The notes under the pieces: generated by a model | Seen by the model: the letters and a program-made list of their open reading frames with translations, nothing else | Databases searched by the model: none | Told to the model about the DNA's origin: nothing | NCBI GenBank assembly: GCA_013203315.1 | Contig: JABMQJ010000018.1 | Coordinates: forward strand, 1-64,000 | Reading direction: 5' to 3' | Source of the DNA: Candidatus Omnitrophota bacterium | GTDB lineage: Bacteria > Omnitrophota > Gorgyraeia > JABMRN01 > RBG-13-46-9 | Length of the DNA: 64,000 nt | Made by a program: the position numbers and the translations under genes | In this document: positions 55,966-64,000 of the stretch, piece by piece | Layout: each line of letters opens with the position of its first letter | Numbering within the stretch: position 1 is the stretch's first letter

Positions 55966-57203
55966 TGGATAAAGACAAAATCATACGCGCCTTAGATAAG
56001 GTTACGGAGTGGTCGATTTATCTACTTATTTTTTGTGTGCCTTTCTCAAAAACAATGATCGAGGGTTGTATCACGATAGGGTTTATTGCCTGGATTTCAA
56101 AGAAGATTTTAACACGAGATTTCCGGATTAAAAAGACCCCGCTCAATAATTTATTATTCATATTCTTTGTTGTCGCTGCCATATCGTTCGTGAACGCGGA
56201 TCTTAAAATGCTTTTCATGAGGTCACTGGTCTCCAAATGTTTAAAGTTCATAATTTTGTATTTTCTAATCGTTGAAACGATAAATTCCAAAACAAAGCTC
56301 AAAAATCTACTTAAGATGGCCATTATATCGGCGGTCATCGTTATGATAGACGGTTATATTCAGCGATATTTCTATAATCTGGACCTTTTTCGCTTTTATC
56401 CTGCCTTCAAATCCAGGGCTGCGGATCACTATATGGGATTTGCTCGCGGAGCGCCAACAGGTCCTTTTCCTTTTCCGAATGATCTCTCTGCGTGGATGCT
56501 TATGATTATTATGCCAGTCACATCATTACTGATATGGGGCCGAAGGAGTGTGCGCGAAAAATTTGCGCTAACCTCTTTTCTGGCTCCTTTTCTTTTTTTA
56601 TTTTATTTGGCAAATGCCCGAAGCGCGTGGGGTGGTTTTATTATTTCCTTTTTTACAATTCTTTCTATGCAAAGCAAGAAGCTTTTTTTAGTATTTCTGG
56701 TACTTCTTTTATCGGTATCAGCTATTGTGCTTATCTTGCCCAAAGAAAAGACCATTAACATTCTTGGCCTTTCAAGTATGCAGGACAGATTAGGAATGTG
56801 GCAGATAGGGTGGAAAGCATTTACCGAACACCCGATCATAGGAAACGGCCTTAATATGGGCTTTAGAAAATTTCAGGAGTATCGTGAAGATGAATACAAA
56901 AATAAAAAAGGCGCCTATTTTCATAACGGTTTTTTACAAATAGCCGTTGAAATGGGGCTAATAGGTCTCACAGTTTTTTTATTAATTATAATAACAACTT
57001 TTAAAAGCGCGATTGAACATATCCGGAAGGCGTCCGGGACATTTGACAGGGCTTTGTGCTTAGGTTTAACAGGAGCAATTTTGGCATTTTTGGTGCATAG
57101 TTTCTTTGACACAAATTTGCAGTCTCTTCCGCTTGTTTCACTATTCTGGTTTGCCATGGGCACTCTATTTAGTTTGCAGAACATATATGCACGAAAAATA
57201 TAA
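55965..57203 (+). CDS. waaL: O-antigen ligase family protein
   Basis: Polytopic; GPF..PN, ARSAW, R..MW.....F..HPI.GNG, HN.FLQ..VE.G.IG. ATG 55965 overlaps the wecA TAA. Confidence 0.85.
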   Translation: MDKDKIIRALDKVTEWSIYLLIFCVPFSKTMIEGCITIGFIAWISKKILTRDFRIKKTPLNNLLFIFFVVAAISFVNADLKMLFMRSLVSKCLKFIILYFLIVETINSKTKLKNLLKMAIISAVIVMIDGYIQRYFYNLDLFRFYPAFKSRAADHYMGFARGAPTGPFPFPNDLSAWMLMIIMPVTSLLIWGRRSVREKFALTSFLAPFLFLFYLANARSAWGGFIISFFTILSMQSKKLFLVFLVLLLSVSAIVLILPKEKTINILGLSSMQDRLGMWQIGWKAFTEHPIIGNGLNMGFRKFQEYREDEYKNKKGAYFHNGFLQIAVEMGLIGLTVFLLIIITTFKSAIEHIRKASGTFDRALCLGLTGAILAFLVHSFFDTNLQSLPLVSLFWFAMGTLFSLQNIYARKI

Positions 57204-58287
57204 AAAAATACTTATCATCAATACCTTTGGCATCGGAGACGTTTTATTTGCTACGCCCATGGTAAGGGCTTTAAAGCGTGCTATCCCGAACGCGCATATA
57301 GATTTCATGTGCAATCAAAGGTGTCGGCATATCGTGCGGAATAACAGGAATATTGACGATATTTTGGTATTTGAGAAGGATGCATTCCGCGAAGCGTTCA
57401 GGGAATCAAAAATAAAGTTCGTGAAAAAAATGTCAGGTTTTTTGGGGACTATATTGCGTAAAAAGTATGATCTCGCGATAGATTTATCTCTGGGTTACCA
57501 AATTTCTTTGCTTTTGAAACTACTGGGCGTTAAACGAAGAGTCGGTTTTAATTACAGGGATCGCGGCAGATTTTTGACCGACAAGTTAGATATCGATAAC
57601 TTTAGCTCGAAGCACGTGATAGAGTACTACTTAAGTATTCCCAAACTTTTAGGGATAGATGGTACCACGCAAAAAAATCTCGAAATTACTTTATCCCCGC
57701 AGCAGGATCAGTGGGCGGATGATTTTGTGTCCGAAAATAAACTTGAAAGCTCGGTGATCATCGGCATCGCACCCGGGGGCGGCAAAAGCTGGGGAAAATA
57801 CGCTAAGTTTAGGAGATGGGACCCTCTCAATTTTGCTTATGTTGCGAAAAAATTAACCAAAGAAAATAAAGACTTATCTTTTTTGATCTTCGGTTCCAGG
57901 GATGAAAAATCCCTCGGTCGAAAAATCGAAGAAGCGATGGGGGGCGTTCCCAGCGGAAAATGCTTAAATCTATGCGGTAAATTATCACTTCCGCATTCAA
58001 TTGCCCTTATAAAGAAGTGCAGGCTCTTGCTGTGTAATGACGGGGGGCTTCTCCACATAGCGGTTAGCCAGGCGATAAATACAATTTCCATTTTTGGGCC
58101 GGTAGACGACAAGATATACGGGCCGTATCCGCCGTCTTCCAAACACAAGGTTGCGAAAGCCGAAGGCGTGAAATGCAGGCCATGTTACAAGAATTTTAAG
58201 CACAAAATGTGCGGAATCCACGATTGCCTAATAAAAATAGACAAGGACAAAGTATTGAAGCTTGCCAAGGAGAGTATAGAATTATGA
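57187..58287 (+). CDS. GT9 LPS heptosyltransferase-like protein
   Basis: GIGDV....P, DL, H.IE, APG...RRW, L.G.LSL, NDGG.LHIA, FGP, C.PC...C..C; ATG at 57187. Confidence 0.88.
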   Translation: MHEKYKKILIINTFGIGDVLFATPMVRALKRAIPNAHIDFMCNQRCRHIVRNNRNIDDILVFEKDAFREAFRESKIKFVKKMSGFLGTILRKKYDLAIDLSLGYQISLLLKLLGVKRRVGFNYRDRGRFLTDKLDIDNFSSKHVIEYYLSIPKLLGIDGTTQKNLEITLSPQQDQWADDFVSENKLESSVIIGIAPGGGKSWGKYAKFRRWDPLNFAYVAKKLTKENKDLSFLIFGSRDEKSLGRKIEEAMGGVPSGKCLNLCGKLSLPHSIALIKKCRLLLCNDGGLLHIAVSQAINTISIFGPVDDKIYGPYPPSSKHKVAKAEGVKCRPCYKNFKHKMCGIHDCLIKIDKDKVLKLAKESIEL

Positions 58288-60491
58288 AATGTGACCTTGT
58301 TCTGGTGTCATGGAACCACCTGGAACACCTGCGCCCATGCGTAGAGCATATTGTGCGGAATACCCACTACTCTTACAGGCTTATAATAGTTGACAACGCC
58401 AGCGATTCGGAAACCATAAACTATCTTGAGGTTCTGGAAAAAAGCGCCCCTTGTGAAATCATTGTAATTAAAAACAAGGACAATCGCGGTTTTGTCAAAG
58501 CGGTGAATCAGGGGCTCAAGATTTCCACCGCACCCTATGCGTGTATTTTTAACAATGATACCCTGCCGGGAAATAGCTGGCTTACCGAAATGGTAGAATT
58601 CGCAGAAAAAAGGCCGGACGTCGGGCTTCTGAACCCCATGTCTAGCGGCCATAACGCAAACGGCTTGACAGTGAATGAATATGCCGGGAAACTCTTACCC
58701 AACAAGGGTAAGTACATGGAGATGAATCAGTGCCAGGGCTATTGCATGCTTGTAAAACGTGAAGTTATGGAAAAAATAGGGTATCTGGACGAACGCTTTG
58801 ACACTGTGGGCTTTGATGATACGGATTATTCGATGAGGGCGCACTTGGCCGGGTATAGATCAGTTTGTGTTCACTCATCTTACGTGTTTCATAGATTGCA
58901 TGCCTCGTTTAGTAAGATGGGGGATAGGAAGACAATACAATCTGTTCTCGAAAATAGGTATTTTGCAAAATGGCCCAGACACCTTCGGGTCGCAATTGCA
59001 TTTTCCCTATCGAAAGATACCCGCGATATTCAAGTAGAGAATTTCCTGAATTCCGCGCTTTTTCTGGCAAGGGAATGGTGCTGGGTAAATCTCATGATAT
59101 TCGGGGATAAAACCGCAGGAAAAAGAATAGATACGATTAGGGAAAGAATGAATTCCCCACTTCACCAAAACATAAAATTCAATTATTTAAATCCGAGATT
59201 TAAATTTATGGAGATCGCGGTGCGTATATTGGAACGCTCTTTCGGAAGAAAGAAAAGAAAAAAGTACGATACCTTTATAAGCGATGACGCAAGGCTCTTA
59301 CGCGGCGTGAAGGTTTTGTGCGGCTTGCAAAAAAGTAATGCGCTATCGCTCGATTTTCATGAATTTTCGGAAAAAAAGCTAAAAGAATCCATGAAACCTT
59401 TCAGAAAGGACGGCTTAAAAGAAAAAAATACAGGCTCCCTAAGATGCGATATTATTCTGCCTGTATGCGACGAGTATGAGTTTACGAAAAACTGCATAGA
59501 TAGCATAGTTAAAAATACCGACACACCGTACAGGCTTATCATCATAAACAACGGAAATAACCCCAAAACGCGTAAACTCCTGGATGAGTTGGAAGCCGCC
59601 AAAAATGTAGAGACTAGCATTGTGCATAACGGGCGTAACATCGGATGGGTTAAAGCCCTGAACGTGGGGATTGAGATTTCCGATGCGCCTTACGTGTGTT
59701 TCCAGAACGACGATACCGTGGTAACACAGGGGTGGCTTCGAAAGATGATAGCCACGCTAAAATCCGGCGAAGATTTCGGCATGATTAACCCTACCTGGGA
59801 GGGAAGACCGCCAAGCGTTTCAATAGATAGGTACAATGCTATGCTGGAGACAAGCGCCAAGAAATTCATAAAGACGGATTGGTGCAGGGGGTTTTCGGCT
59901 CTCATGAAAAGGTCCGTAATCGAAAAGGTGGGCAAGGTGGATGAGGTTTACGGCCTGGCATATTTTGACGACGTGGATTATGCTGTCCGCGCCGCTTATG
60001 CAGGATTTCAAATTTTACGGGCACTTGATACCTATGTTTATCATCACAGAAACGTTACATTTTTTGAAGTTTTAAAAGGAAAAAGGTGGAACGAGCTCCA
60101 TGAGAAAAATAAACTTATCTACTATAAAAAATGGGGTAGGCCCCTTAAGCTTGTCATGGTTCTGGATGAAAAAACTTGCAAAGACCCCGAAAGAATAGAA
60201 AAAGCAGAAGACACAATGTTTTATTTGGCGCGAAAACAACATCATATTGATATCTGGGCTCCTCGGAGAATAAAAGGCAGGTTTGAGCACACAAACATAC
60301 GTCTTAGGATATGCCCATGGCCGTTCCATCTTGTATGGCTTCCTTTTAATTTGCATCTGAATAAAAGAAAAAGAAACGAAAAGCGTTATAGCGCCGTGTT
60401 TAATTACAATTCCGTATCTGACAAGTTTATAAAAGAAACTGTCGATGACATGAAAGAAAAGACAAAGGAATCTATAAATGTCGAGCTGTGA
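58284..60491 (+). CDS. double GT2 glycosyltransferase (two tandem GT2 plus accessory-domain units)
   Basis: Unit 1: CDLVLVSWN..RLIIVDNASD..NNDT..FDDTD. Unit 2 (from about 59440): CDIILPV..RLIIINN..QNDD..FDDVD. ATG at 58284. Confidence 0.88.
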   Translation: MKCDLVLVSWNHLEHLRPCVEHIVRNTHYSYRLIIVDNASDSETINYLEVLEKSAPCEIIVIKNKDNRGFVKAVNQGLKISTAPYACIFNNDTLPGNSWLTEMVEFAEKRPDVGLLNPMSSGHNANGLTVNEYAGKLLPNKGKYMEMNQCQGYCMLVKREVMEKIGYLDERFDTVGFDDTDYSMRAHLAGYRSVCVHSSYVFHRLHASFSKMGDRKTIQSVLENRYFAKWPRHLRVAIAFSLSKDTRDIQVENFLNSALFLAREWCWVNLMIFGDKTAGKRIDTIRERMNSPLHQNIKFNYLNPRFKFMEIAVRILERSFGRKKRKKYDTFISDDARLLRGVKVLCGLQKSNALSLDFHEFSEKKLKESMKPFRKDGLKEKNTGSLRCDIILPVCDEYEFTKNCIDSIVKNTDTPYRLIIINNGNNPKTRKLLDELEAAKNVETSIVHNGRNIGWVKALNVGIEISDAPYVCFQNDDTVVTQGWLRKMIATLKSGEDFGMINPTWEGRPPSVSIDRYNAMLETSAKKFIKTDWCRGFSALMKRSVIEKVGKVDEVYGLAYFDDVDYAVRAAYAGFQILRALDTYVYHHRNVTFFEVLKGKRWNELHEKNKLIYYKKWGRPLKLVMVLDEKTCKDPERIEKAEDTMFYLARKQHHIDIWAPRRIKGRFEHTNIRLRICPWPFHLVWLPFNLHLNKRKRNEKRYSAVFNYNSVSDKFIKETVDDMKEKTKESINVEL

Positions 60492-61500
60492 TATTATCAT
60501 TCCCGTTTGGAACCGGCAGGAAGACCTTAAGGCTTGCGTTGATTCAATTGAAAAAAACACGCAGTATCCGTACAGGCTTCTTATCGTTGATAATGCGAGC
60601 GACTCCGAAACAGCAGGCTATATCAATGATTTAAAAAAGGACCGGGGCGAAAATCTTCAGCTAATTAGAAACGAAGAAAACCTCGGGTTTATAAAAGCGG
60701 TGAATAAGGGTATCGCAGCTTCGCTTGCGGAGTACGTGTGCTTATTAAACAATGATACCATTGTGACTCCCGGTTGGTTGGGAGAGATGGTAGCGCTTAT
60801 GGAAAAGCGTCCCGATATCGGCATAGTAAACCCTTCGAGCAACGGCCTTGGCCAGAATCTGCCGAAAGGGGTAACACCGAATGAGTATACTTTGAGGTCG
60901 AAGAGCCAAAGCGGTCAATTTGTAGAGCTTGGAAGTGCTTTCGGGTTTTGCATGTTAATGAGGAGGAAGCTATTTGGCGAAATAGGCCTTTTTGACGAGG
61001 TTTACGGCATGGGAAACTTTGAAGATACGGATTTTTCCCTACGCGCTAAAGAAAAGGGGTATAAATCGGTGCGGGCGTTAGCCTCATACGTTTACCATAA
61101 AGAGAGCAGTTCTTTCAAGCTCCGCAGGAGTTTCAATAAAGACTTTGAAAGAAATAAAAAGATATTTGAATCTAAATGGGGCGCCACCAAAAGAGTGGTT
61201 ATCGTGTTAAAAGATGCCGATAAGCAATTTCAACGCCTCGAGGGCATGCTTCGTGAGTTCGCAAAAGATAGATCCTGGATACATGTCATTTCCCCGGTTT
61301 TCCGGACAGAGAAACTGTTTAAGAAATATTCAAATCTCTCGATCTCACACTTTAAAAACTTTTTTTACGTAAAGGCCTTCTTTAAGGTTGCGTTTAAAAA
61401 GAAAAAACCCGATATCGTATATTGTGACGACAAGACGTTCCTAAATGTTTTAAAGGTATTCAACGACGCAGATAAAAAATTAATAAATGAGGTGACCTGA
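60478..61500 (+). CDS. GT2 glycosyltransferase
   Basis: CDIIIPVWN, IVDNASD, N.GF..A.N.G, LNNDT, FEDTD; paralogous to the units of the upstream gene. Confidence 0.9.
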   Translation: MSSCDIIIPVWNRQEDLKACVDSIEKNTQYPYRLLIVDNASDSETAGYINDLKKDRGENLQLIRNEENLGFIKAVNKGIAASLAEYVCLLNNDTIVTPGWLGEMVALMEKRPDIGIVNPSSNGLGQNLPKGVTPNEYTLRSKSQSGQFVELGSAFGFCMLMRRKLFGEIGLFDEVYGMGNFEDTDFSLRAKEKGYKSVRALASYVYHKESSSFKLRRSFNKDFERNKKIFESKWGATKRVVIVLKDADKQFQRLEGMLREFAKDRSWIHVISPVFRTEKLFKKYSNLSISHFKNFFYVKAFFKVAFKKKKPDIVYCDDKTFLNVLKVFNDADKKLINEVT

Positions 61501-62279
61501 TGCAGAAAGTTCCCGTAACTGTTGCAGTAATAACCAAAAACGAGGAAAGCAAAATTGCGAAGTGTCTTGAAAGCCTTAAGTGGGCAGATGAAATTGTCGT
61601 TGTTGATGACGAGAGCCGCGACAAGACAGTAGAAATAGCCAAACGCTATACGGATAGGGTAGTGACAAAAAAGATGGAAGTCGAGGGAAAACACAGGAAT
61701 TACGCCTATTCATTGGCAAGAAATAACTGGGTTCTGAGCCTGGACGCGGACGAGGTTGTGTCAGACGGGCTCGAGGCGGAACTTCGGGAATTATTTAAAA
61801 CGGAGCCAAAAGACGCGGCTATCACTATACCCATCAAGACTTTTATCGGAGATTATTGGATAAGATATGGTGGCTGGTATCCTGCGTCCAAGGTAAGGCT
61901 GTTCCGAAAGGATAAATTTAAGTATGAAGAGGTCGAGGTGCATCCGCGGGTATTCATTGACGGTTCATGCGGCCACCTCAAAAAAGATATTGTTCATTAT
62001 TCATATCGAGACTTTCATGACTTTTTCACAAGCCTGAACAATCAAACAACGCAGGAAGCGAAAAAATGGTTTAACGAAAAGCGAAAAATAGGTTTTCTTA
62101 AAATGATGCGCAAGTTCTACGACAGATTTTTCAGGAGTTATTTTAGGAAAAAGGGTTATAAGGACGGACTCATAGGTTTTACGGTAGCTTACGGAAATTC
62201 ACTCTATCAGCTTATGAGTTATGTTAAGTATCAATTCATGTTACGCGAGGAGCGAGGAAAATGCGAAAAGCAAAAATAA
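61500..62279 (+). CDS. GT2 glycosyltransferase, WaaE/KdtX-like
   Basis: ITKNEE..I..CL.S..WADEIVVVD..S.D.T, WVL.LDADE, GGWYP...RLFR, VH, HYSY. Confidence 0.9.
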   Translation: MQKVPVTVAVITKNEESKIAKCLESLKWADEIVVVDDESRDKTVEIAKRYTDRVVTKKMEVEGKHRNYAYSLARNNWVLSLDADEVVSDGLEAELRELFKTEPKDAAITIPIKTFIGDYWIRYGGWYPASKVRLFRKDKFKYEEVEVHPRVFIDGSCGHLKKDIVHYSYRDFHDFFTSLNNQTTQEAKKWFNEKRKIGFLKMMRKFYDRFFRSYFRKKGYKDGLIGFTVAYGNSLYQLMSYVKYQFMLREERGKCEKQK

Positions 62280-63040
62280 CAGCAGGTATAATAACAAAAA
62301 ACGAGGAAAAAAATATCGCCGAGTGTATTAACCGCATCAAGGGCTGGGCAGACGAGATAATCGTAGTTGACGGATATAGCGAAGATAAAACTGTCCCCAT
62401 AGCCCAAGATTTGGGCGCCAAGGTTATAATGCACCGCTTCGAGGGCGATTTTTCAAAAGAAAGAAATGCTGTTATTGATAATGCAAAAGGCGAATGGGTG
62501 CTCCATCTGGACGCAGATGACCGCGTTACTTCTGAGTTTAAAAAGCATGTAGATGAGGTTATTGATACCGACAAGAGCGTGGATATCTATAAGTTCAAAA
62601 GAAAAAGTTTCTTTCTCGGGCATTTCATGGAAACAGGAGGATGGTACCACTACATACCGAACCTTGTGAAGCGCACGAGCGGAAGGTTTGAAGGCGTTTT
62701 ACACGAAAAAGCAGTATGCCCCGGTAAGGTCGGCGTGATCGAAGCTGATATCGAGCACCACCCCTTCCAGAACATCACGCAGTTTATGGAAAGACATAAC
62801 CGCTATACGTCCATAGTGGCCAAGAAAATGTTTACCGATTTCGGAAATTCTAAATTAAATGAAGTAAAGAAGAATGCCATAAGGAAAACATTTAAAATTT
62901 TCTGGAAAATGTATGTAAAGAAAAAGGGATACAAAGGGGGCATGCACGGCCTCATTTTTTCGATACTTTTCGCATTTAATAATTTTCTCTCGTGGATTAA
63001 ATACTGGGAATTGTGCCAGGAATACAAAGGAGGAGCGTGA
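62261..63040 (+). CDS. GT2 glycosyltransferase, WaaE/KdtX-like
   Basis: ITKNEE.NI.EC...WADEIIVVD..S.D.T, WVL.LDADD, GGWY, LHE, NRYT; paralog of the preceding gene. Confidence 0.9.
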   Translation: MRKAKITAGIITKNEEKNIAECINRIKGWADEIIVVDGYSEDKTVPIAQDLGAKVIMHRFEGDFSKERNAVIDNAKGEWVLHLDADDRVTSEFKKHVDEVIDTDKSVDIYKFKRKSFFLGHFMETGGWYHYIPNLVKRTSGRFEGVLHEKAVCPGKVGVIEADIEHHPFQNITQFMERHNRYTSIVAKKMFTDFGNSKLNEVKKNAIRKTFKIFWKMYVKKKGYKGGMHGLIFSILFAFNNFLSWIKYWELCQEYKGGA

Positions 63041-63041
63041 C

Positions 63042-64000
63042 GTGAAAAAGATACTAGTAACTGGAGGGGCCGGATTTATAGGCTCGCACTTGGTTGACAG
63101 ATTGGTAAAAGACGGTGAAGACGTTGTCGTTTTGGATAATTTTGAACCTCAGGTTCACCAGGGTAAAAAACCCGATTATCTAAATAAGAACGCTCGTTAC
63201 GTCGATGGAGACATAAGGAATGAAAAGGCTCTGAAGGAGTCACTGGTCGGCGTCGACTCCGTATATCACCTCGCGGCCAAGGTAGGCGTTGGGCAGTCCA
63301 TGTATGAAATAAAAGATTACGTTGACGGGAATACACTGGGGACAGCCTCTCTTTGGGATTACATCATAAACAAAAAAGCAAACATAAAGAAGTTTGTTGT
63401 TGCCAGCTCCATGTCCATTTACGGCGAAGGCGCGTATAAATGCGCCAAGTGCGGTGTGGCATTTCCGCATTTAAGAAATGAAGCCGACTTAAAGAAAAAA
63501 AACTGGGAACCTTTTTGCCCGGATTGCGGCGCACCCCTTGCGTCAGTTCCTACAGGTGAAGACAAAAAGCTGCTCGCCACTTCCGTATATGCCATTACAA
63601 AAAAAGACCAGGAAGAGCTTTCGCTTAATATCGGTGAAAGTTATAAGATTCCGACCGTAGCCCTACGGTTTTTCAACGTATATGGCCCCAGGCAGTCTCT
63701 CTCCAATCCCTACACCGGGGCGTGCGCAATATTTTCCTCCAGGGTTAAGAACGATAACCCGCCGATTATTTATGAGGATGGCCTACAAACAAGGGATTTT
63801 GTGGATGTCAGAGACATCGTAGAGGCATGCGTCTTAGCCATGAAAAGCGAAAAAGCCGACTATGGCAATTTTAACGTTGGTACGGGCCGGGCAATGACGA
63901 TAAAAAAAGTGGCCGAGACGTTAATTGATTTATACGGTAAGGATATAAAGCCTGAAATTACAAATCAATACCGCGTGGGTGACATAAGGCACTGCTACGC
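63042..64000 (+). CDS. NAD-dependent nucleotide-sugar epimerase (dTDP-L-rhamnose 4-epimerase WbiB-like), 3'-truncated by the window; missing from the ORF track
   Basis: GTG at 63042 after SD GGAGG. Reads KKILVTGGAGFIGSHLVD...HLAAKVGVGQSMY...ASSMSIYGEG...YAITK...LRFFNVYGPRQSLSNPYTG...RVGDIRHCY with no stop before 64000. Confidence 0.88.
   Translation, partial: MKKILVTGGAGFIGSHLVDRLVKDGEDVVVLDNFEPQVHQGKKPDYLNKNARYVDGDIRNEKALKESLVGVDSVYHLAAKVGVGQSMYEIKDYVDGNTLGTASLWDYIINKKANIKKFVVASSMSIYGEGAYKCAKCGVAFPHLRNEADLKKKNWEPFCPDCGAPLASVPTGEDKKLLATSVYAITKKDQEELSLNIGESYKIPTVALRFFNVYGPRQSLSNPYTGACAIFSSRVKNDNPPIIYEDGLQTRDFVDVRDIVEACVLAMKSEKADYGNFNVGTGRAMTIKKVAETLIDLYGKDIKPEITNQYRVGDIRHCY

Noticed and set aside
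37260-58283. Long N-terminal extensions given by the ORF track (37260, 43009, 44479, 52434, 55806, 57106, 58209)
   Set aside because: They overlap upstream genes. Downstream ATGs at or near the upstream stop codons (37497, 43048, 44548, 52458, 55965, 57187, 58284) match the family N-termini better.
597-63470. Numerous 60-170 aa minus-strand and alternate-frame ORFs in the track
   Set aside because: All overlap well-supported + strand genes and show no recognisable motifs; they are treated as shadow ORFs.
1-64000. tRNA, rRNA, CRISPR arrays, riboswitches and a firm taxonomic assignment
   Set aside because: There is almost no intergenic space and no repeat-spacer pattern or recognisable RNA motif. 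No marker gene is present, so any lineage guess would be unsupported.

Overview
The whole 64 kb is one very large bacterial cell-surface glycan (LPS/O-antigen-type) biosynthesis locus: about 56 tightly packed CDSs, all on the + strand, many joined by ATGA/TTGA/TAATG overlaps. No RNA genes, CRISPR arrays or mobile elements were recognised. Part A (about 180-49,990) is a variable 'decoration' region. It holds a sulfate-activation module (OPA-family MFS transporter, APS kinase, an unusual pyruvate-kinase/ATP-sulfurylase fusion, two sulfotransferases) and a legionaminic-acid-like pathway (LegC, NeuD, PtmE-like, NeuC, three NeuA-like domains, but no NeuB synthase in the window). It also has two different sugar amidotransferase systems, seven radical SAM enzymes (five cobalamin-type, two SPASM/twitch), an Ldh_2-family dehydrogenase, an unannotated 37-aa ORF before an SGNH protein, a single-chain ABC flippase and a GtrB/GT-C/CDP-sugar cassette. 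Part B starts after a strong sigma70-like promoter at about 50,006-50,034 and looks like the assembly/core operon: a GT-YdcF fusion, GT4, WecA, WaaL, a GT9 heptosyltransferase, tandem-duplicated GT2s and a truncated epimerase at the window end. The most novel-looking elements are the PK-Sat fusion module and the recurring pairing of cobalamin radical SAM genes with cytidylyltransferases. All calls come from motif recognition by eye; no database searches were run.
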